The notes beneath the pieces are model-generated. The model saw only the letters and a program-made list of their open reading frames with translations. It did no database searches and had not been told where the DNA came from. Made by a program: the position numbers and the translations under genes. DNA of 64,000 nucleotides. Origin: Anolis carolinensis (lineage: Eukaryota). Shown one piece after another: positions 57,485-64,000 of this stretch (positions are counted from its first letter, which is position 1; the number at the start of each line of letters is the position of its first letter). The stretch is taken from positions 11,581,190 through 11,645,189 of the forward strand of contig NC_085846.1 of the NCBI RefSeq assembly GCF_035594765.1, given 5' to 3'.

Positions 57485-60458
57485 CTGGACAATGGCTAAA
57501 GAGTGCCATTGCATATTGATAGAGCTCAATATGCATCAAGATAGCAGCTAAGGAGTGTCAATGTACAACAGTAGAACATGCTCCATGCAGTGATTCTTCT
57601 GCTCTTTCCTTGTTGAAACATATGAATTGTCATGAAAGCAAAGTACCAATTCTATGTTAGTCTCTGTGTAAAGGATCTGCTCCCTTTAGGAACAATGGTC
57701 TCTCTTTTCAATACAGTGAATTTGGGGAAACACACACAAACACACGCATGTATGTGTAATGTATATGTGCACGTTGTCCACCATATTCAACAAGGAAAGA
57801 GATGGATCTGTTTGCTGTCTGTGAAGCTGCTTTTACACTTCCAACAGTGCAAACATAACCAACACTTTCTATAGTTTAGACTTTTTCAGTTCTGCAAATA
57901 TCACTCGCTATGGACAAAAAGACCCTTCAGGTATCATAGACAAGGAATAAGAATCTTTTATACATGCATGCATGCATGCATATATGCATGCATGTATGAG
58001 TTTGAGAAAAAATGCTTTAAGAATTATTGATCTTTCTATTCATCTAAGCATCCTTTGTGTGACAGAGAAGGCATGTTCAGTTTGAAATTTGGAATTTCAA
58101 ATCCTTATCTCCCTTGTAATAGACAAATCTATGTACTAGCGCATGCCAGCCTATCACTCTTCATTCCAGCAGCACTTTGGTCAGTTATCTATATAACATA
58201 ACATCAAAATCCTGATCCTGGCTTGTTTCTTTCCAAGGTAGAAAAAGCCAAATGCAAACCATAATCCCTTTCTTTGGGTATGGAGGGAGAGTATGCATGA
58301 GCACCAGTTTCTGATGCATTTGAGTGTTTACAATAAAACAAAATACCAGATATCCTTGCTTAGTTCACCTGCATGTGAGAATGACTTGGCTGAATCAGCC
58401 TGTATGGTGGTCACAAATGATAAGTCAGGATTCTGGAGACGCCATAGGTTGTCTCTGAACTGGCCTCACAATCTTCCACTCTCGTTCTATACAATTCTAC
58501 TACTGCTGTCATTGGGCCATGATGATACAAAGCTTTTGAATCTGTAAACGAATGGCAGCTTAGTTTGAAGGAATTATTCAAGATATAAAAATAAATAATA
58601 AAACTTTATTTATACCCTGTCCCATCTTCCAAAAAGGGACTTGGAGCAGCTTACAATCATATAATAAAACATAGTCAATAATATAAACAAGGTAGATAAC
58701 ATATCAAATTAAAACAAAACAAAACACAAACCAAAAAAAGATATTTCCCACAAATGGAGTCTGTGCCTTGAATTGTTTCCCTCAAATTCAGAGTGGACAG
58801 TCAGGTGGAAAGTCCTAGTGCTCATCACATCTTGGACAAGGAAGACAACATCTACTTACAATTAGGACAATCCTAAGTCCTAGCCTGCAAAAGTGCTCCA
58901 CAAAGCTCATGCCCTTCAGTACTCACTGGAAATGGCTGCCTCATGTCCATTTCCTTGAAGAATGAGAATGAAGAATTCTTCTACATGTTGACATCAAGGA
59001 GAGGTTTGGACTGAATGGCCCTTGTGGTCTCTTTCAACTCTATGATTCTATCTGTTCCTCTGACAGCCTAGTTTTGTCTGTCCTTTATGTTGGGACAGAA
59101 GGGAGCACAAGGAATAATAAACTGGAGAACTAGTTCCAGCAAAGCTAGTAAGTAGCTTCCACAACAAGCATCAAGGTGAAGATCAATGTGTGATTTCCCA
59201 CCACAATCAGATATTTCAGGGATGGTCCTCTGAGATCTTCGCTCAAGCCATGATTTCCCCATGGTTCTGCTACTACTCACATGCTAAAAGGAAAAACACA
59301 AGAAGACTGAACTTTAATGAGGTACAGTTTGCATTCACGGTGGAATAGCTATTGTGGCACTCTGGTGAGGCTTGTAGACTGGGCATTCATGGTAGTATGG
59401 ACATCTGGATCAGGTCTGGTTTGGCCCAATCCCATATCTAGACAGTCACTATCATCACTTATCCCCATGTCACTGCCATATCCACCTCAAACACAGAGTT
59501 CCTTTTAAAAGCCTGGTTATCACAGTCACATCTGTGATGTCAGAAAAAGGTGTCCATGTGACCAGCAAGAAGTAGATGGTTGATCTCCCCTCATTCTTTC
59601 TGGTTGGGTCGATACCAGGTGCTGAGATGGAGCTCAATGATAGTCAAGAACTGGTGAAAGTGACACAGAAGGACAAGGGATGCCTAGCAAGAACAATGCA
59701 GTTTCAACACAGTTGCACTACCTGAACGCCAATACAGTGCTAGCCTGGTATGTCTGGCCACCATTACAATTACACCACGGCCATTTCCAAGTTCTAGTCC
59801 TCACTGTCCCACGAAGCACTCTGGATTACCTTGGGACCATTGTTTCCTCCCTGCTTAACAACCTTACAGGATTAATGTGGGCAGAAGAACAAGGAGAATC
59901 GTGTGTACACGTTGGATGAAAAGCTGGTTAGCCCTGCCTCAGAGTATTGTTGTAGGAAGAAGAAGAAGAAAGACCATGTGCCCTCATTGTAGAAAAGAGT
60001 GGATATATGACTAGCAGCAAGTAACTGTTCATGTAGCTCCTCCAGACCTTTTGGTAGATTGGTCAACACCTGAGCTTGGAAAAGTGCATGTTTAGGCTAC
60101 AATTCTCATAATCCTCCAGATAGCAAATAAGTTAATAGTCCAGGGAAACAACTTGATCAAGCCATAGTCAATACATTGAATCAATTTCCAGGTTATGCTA
60201 CTTCTGCATTTTTAGAAACAGTTTTTTCGAATTTTGTTTTTTTGAAAAGCAAAGGAATCAGCACAGCCTATCTGCCTTCACTCCTATCTAATGCTCTGAT
60301 CTTGAAATTAAATGGCTTGTGGGAGCATGAAATATATTTATTCTCAAATATAAGAAAAGTGTAATTTAGTCAACAACACACTTTTGGGGCCTACCTTGCA
60401 TACGTTTTGGCAATATTCAGTATCTTCCAAACCAGGAAACACAAGAAGAGTTAGTAGA

Positions 60459-60750
60459 ATTTCTATTTTCCGTTAAGAGGTTCTCCAGCATTTTGGGCAC
60501 TGTTGCAGTGGGGCAGAAGATGTCTAGCAAGGAAAGACTGCTGAGGAAAAAGTACATGGGTTTGTGCAAGTGTGAGTCTGCTGCTATGGCGAGAAGGATG
60601 GTGCCATTTCCCAGCAGGGTGACCAGGTAGATGAGCAGGAAAGCAGCAAAGAAAGAAAAGCGGACAGTTGGCAGATCAGAAATCCCCATTAAGATTAATT
60701 TTGGTGCCATTCCTCATGACTCGCCTAGAAGAGCTTTCCTTGACAGGAGA
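60459..60750 (-). pseudogene. Truncated OR pseudogene, a close copy of the 5' part of the OR at 55904-56830
   Basis: Near-identical to about 56564-56865; 8-nt deletion just after ATG 60717 shifts the frame; homology ends at ...LLTENRN (after TM2). Confidence 0.88.
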
Positions 60751-60754
60751 AGGG

Positions 60755-61600
60755 GTAGAGGTGTGTCAACCAGTTCAGGATGGGCTCACCCCCCCCCCCT
60801 CGAAGACTGTTCACAATTTGGGAGTGCTCCTGGATCTGTCTCTCCAAATGTCAACTCAAATAGCTATAATGGTCAGGAGTGCTTACTACTAGCTTTGGCT
60901 GAAACACTAACTGCATCCCTTCCTAGAATTGGAGGATCTAAAATGGTAGTGCACGCACTGGTCAATTCAAGGTTGCACTTCTGCCATGCACTGTATATGG
61001 GGATAGCTCTGTATGAAGTTCCGAAATTCAGGTTTGTTCAAAATATGGGAGCCAGAATGTTTCAGGAGCATCCAGGAGTGAGCATATAACACCAATATTA
61101 AGGTCTCTCCACTGGTGGCCAATTAATTTCTGGACAAAGTAAAAAGGTTTTGACGTGGTTTTGATCCAGGTTACCTACAGTATCATCTTCTTCCATATAA
61201 TCCTCCCCAAACACTTAGTCCTTTGGGTGGGGGAGGGAGCTACTCCAACCAGCCAGAACCTGACTGACCACTGTCACCCAGCAGCCCTTTTCATTAGCCG
61301 CCCCAAGACTGTGGAATGACCTATCAGAAGAGCTCCAACAGCTAAACAAGCTGTAAGCATTCAAGACAGAACTAAAGACCTATCTCTTCCAGCAGCCTAC
61401 CAGGTCAATATTAAACAGTGAATTTGAAATTTACGGCCTATTTATATGTTCATATATGTATTTGTATTGTATTTTAATCCTTGCACTATGTATTTTAATA
61501 TATGTATTTTGTGGTAATGTGTTTTAATTGTATTGTGCCCCACCTTAGTTGTGAGGAGAAGCGGGCAATAAATAAAAATGTATTATTGCTTGATTATTAT
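60755..61600 (+). mobile_element. Decayed L2 LINE 3' fragment abutting the OR pseudogene
   Basis: LGVLLDLSL, VHALVNSRLHFCHALYMG, EHITPILRSLHW-like segments with frameshifts; L2 tail with AATAAA. Confidence 0.8.
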
Positions 61601-63239
61601 CTAATAAAAACACCCATAAAACATGGATCTTGTGTAGCAGGGTGAGCAATGGCCAGGGCTTGGCCAGGGGCTGCATTCTTGGGGAGCCCACCACCTACCA
61701 CATCCACCACACCTGATTTCTTAAACTTCCCATTTTGCCCAAAATAATGTTCTCAAACTTTACACAGATGAAAACCAGGGCATGTGAAATGGCCTTTTAA
61801 AGAATCTGCAGGATCTTCCAACTTCTCTGGAAGTTGCCATAGAGTTGTGTGGAAAGCCTAGCAAATTCCTAGAGAGTATACCTCTCTGGGAATCTCTCAG
61901 TTCTCTGGCACACATCTATAATATGCTGGGGGTGGAATCTAAAATAAATTAGTGTCATTCAGTCATATCCACGGTTTCACATAACTATAGTTCAACCAAA
62001 AACGCATCCCCTGCATGAGTGTCTAACTGTATTTTTAATTTCTATTGTTACCTGCCTTTGTTCCCATATTATGGAGTGAAATGCAATAAAATAAAGTAAA
62101 ACCTCATCATCAGGACTGAAAAAGGATTGAGCTGTCAGGCAGCTCCTTTATATGAGATGGGAATGAACACTATTTCCTCCTTCGCCTCAGGCAGCAAAAT
62201 ACCATGGGTGCAGTGCTGGGGAATACTTTCAATTTTTAAAGACTTCACAGAATTTGACCAACACAGTTGTACTGCACATCCATTGTACAAAAGTTTTAGA
62301 CCCACAAGAAGAAGACTACATCCCAGAAGCCACTAATATGAAAGAACAGCAGAAGTTATCCAAGAAGTTTTTTCTTTCTTTCACAAACAAGTCTCCAAGG
62401 GCCTTGTTAAGTATAATGAAGATGGTGGTGCCATCTTCTTCTCCTCCAGTGATAAAATGCTACCTCTAAGGTCCTCAGATGATATATTCTCAGTAATTAT
62501 GTTCTTATTCTAAGCAAGGTACTGGAACTCCCACAAGGTTCAATGCATAAAAGTTCCAAGTCAGGATTCATGGCACAGTCCTTATAGTAATGGTCCTCCT
62601 GGCCTAAGTCCAACTGGGAGTGTTAACTAGAGTAGGCTCATTGAATCAACAGATTAAGAGTTAGTAAACATTTTATTGTGCTTTTCCTGCATGGTTGGAA
62701 GTTGAGCTAGATGCCTATGTGCTTTCTTCCAACTCTATTATCCTATGACTGTATGTGCTCATTGATGTAATAAATCTACTCTAGTTCAAAGCATCAATTA
62801 AATATGGTTCCATATTTCTATGATGTACCACATCAAACTACTACTAGGTCTTAAAAGATTGACTGCTTCATGGAAAACAAACTCTCTTCCACATAGAGAA
62901 AGAAGTATTTCAGGCCGAAGCATTCTGGCAACCTTCTCCTTAAAACATATCTACCAGCTTTGAGATGTAGTAATTCAACACATAGCTAAATCCCATTAAT
63001 TCAATGGGTCTGTTTTAATGGGAGCCAGGTCCTTTTCTGGGGATAGATCTGCACCACATCGTTGTCATCAGTTGGGTATCATTTTAATTGTAGTGGCTCC
63101 ATCCTATGGATTCTAAGGGTTTGTAATTTAGCAAGGTACTTCAAATTCTGTAGAGCTCTGACTAAAAACTATAAAACCCAGGATTCCACAGATACAGGGT
63201 GGGTAACCCCTGGCTTGACAATAATACATATGGAAATCT

Positions 63240-64000
63240 TCAGCTTAGGAGCTTTATAAGACCACAAGCTGAATGTGAGTCAACAGTATGATGTGGCAGC
63301 CAAAAAAACCAATGTGATTCTAGGCTGCATCAACTGGAGTATAGTGCCTACTCTGGGGGATATAATAGTACTACTCTATGCTGCATTGGTCAGATCTCAG
63401 CTGGAATACTGTGTCTAGTCCTGGGCACCACAATTCAAGAAAGACATTGACAAGCTGGAATGTGTCTGGAAGAGGAAAATCAAATGGCAAAAAGTCTGGA
63501 AACCAGGCCCCTGGACAGTGGTTCCCAACGTGTGGTCTGTGGACCACCATTGGTCCGCAAGAACTAAAATATGTTCCGCAGCCTCACCTACTACTATGGA
63601 TAATAACAGCCCGACCAAAAATATGTTTTTTTTTCTTCGTGTCTTCGTTTCTAGGCCTGTTCCTCGGGTTATCTGGGATTTAGAAAATTACCCTAGATAG
63701 ATCACATCAGCTCTAGATTATTAAATATGGTTTTCTGTAGGCGAGCAGATAGTCACTACGGGATGGCATATGTTCTCTATCAGAAACTAGAGCTAATGTG
63801 GTCTATCCAATGCAATTTTCTGAATCAGCAACCCAAATAACCAAACTGAATCTAAAGTTGACCAAAAACTGATTTGCAATCCTTTTGGTACTAATGTTGA
63901 GGTGGTCTCTAGTCAAAGTGGTCCTTAGTCAAAAAAAGGTTGGGAATCACTGCCCTAGGAGAAAGGAATTAGACATGTTTAGCCTGGAGAAAAGAAGGTT
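63240..64000 (+). mobile_element. CR1 LINE RT fragment interrupted by a hAT element
   Basis: DHKLNVSQQYDVAAKKTNVILGCI..LYAALVRSQLEYCV..APQFKKDIDKLE, CR1-type RT motifs. Confidence 0.8.
63516..63952 (+). mobile_element. Non-autonomous hAT (family of 26508 and 43606)
   Basis: TIRs CAGTGGTTCCCAAC / GTTGGGAATCACTG; imperfect TSD CCCCTGGA/CCCTAGGA. Confidence 0.82.

Noticed and set aside
58900-60100. Moderately GC-rich unassigned sequence with short ORFs
   Set aside because: No recognisable protein motif, terminal repeats or TSD; left unannotated.

Overview
Vertebrate genomic DNA from a squamate, most likely an Anolis-type lizard (inferred from Sauria SINE, SPIN, BovB-type RTE, Vingi, young L2 and Helitron repeats). 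Genes: a complete 4-exon zinc transporter SLC39A2/ZIP2 (+, CDS 2320-10031); two complete 6-exon vomeronasal type-2 receptor (V2R, class C GPCR) genes in tandem on the minus strand (CDS 12297-21052 and 24124-32386); three intact olfactory receptor (OR) genes (36573-37523 +, 41752-42693 +, 55904-56830 -); and a truncated, frameshifted duplicate of the last OR (about 60459-60750). The window therefore covers the junction between a V2R cluster and an OR cluster. Introns and intergenic DNA are dense with mobile elements: a full-length L2 LINE with two intact ORFs (about 44384-50091), a 1.4-kb solo LTR with a 5-bp TSD and an internal acidic ORF (54281-55686), two non-autonomous Helitrons, and many hAT and Tc1/mariner MITEs, SINEs and LINE fragments. 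Best candidates for something undescribed: (1) a diverged 33-bp tandem array in SLC39A2 intron 3 that reads antisense as an 11-aa G-D-[LF]-G repeat protein; (2) the LTR-borne acidic ORF just downstream of an OR; (3) a V2R with an intact frame but eroded TM6/TM7 motifs. Family assignments come from motif recognition by eye, not database searches.
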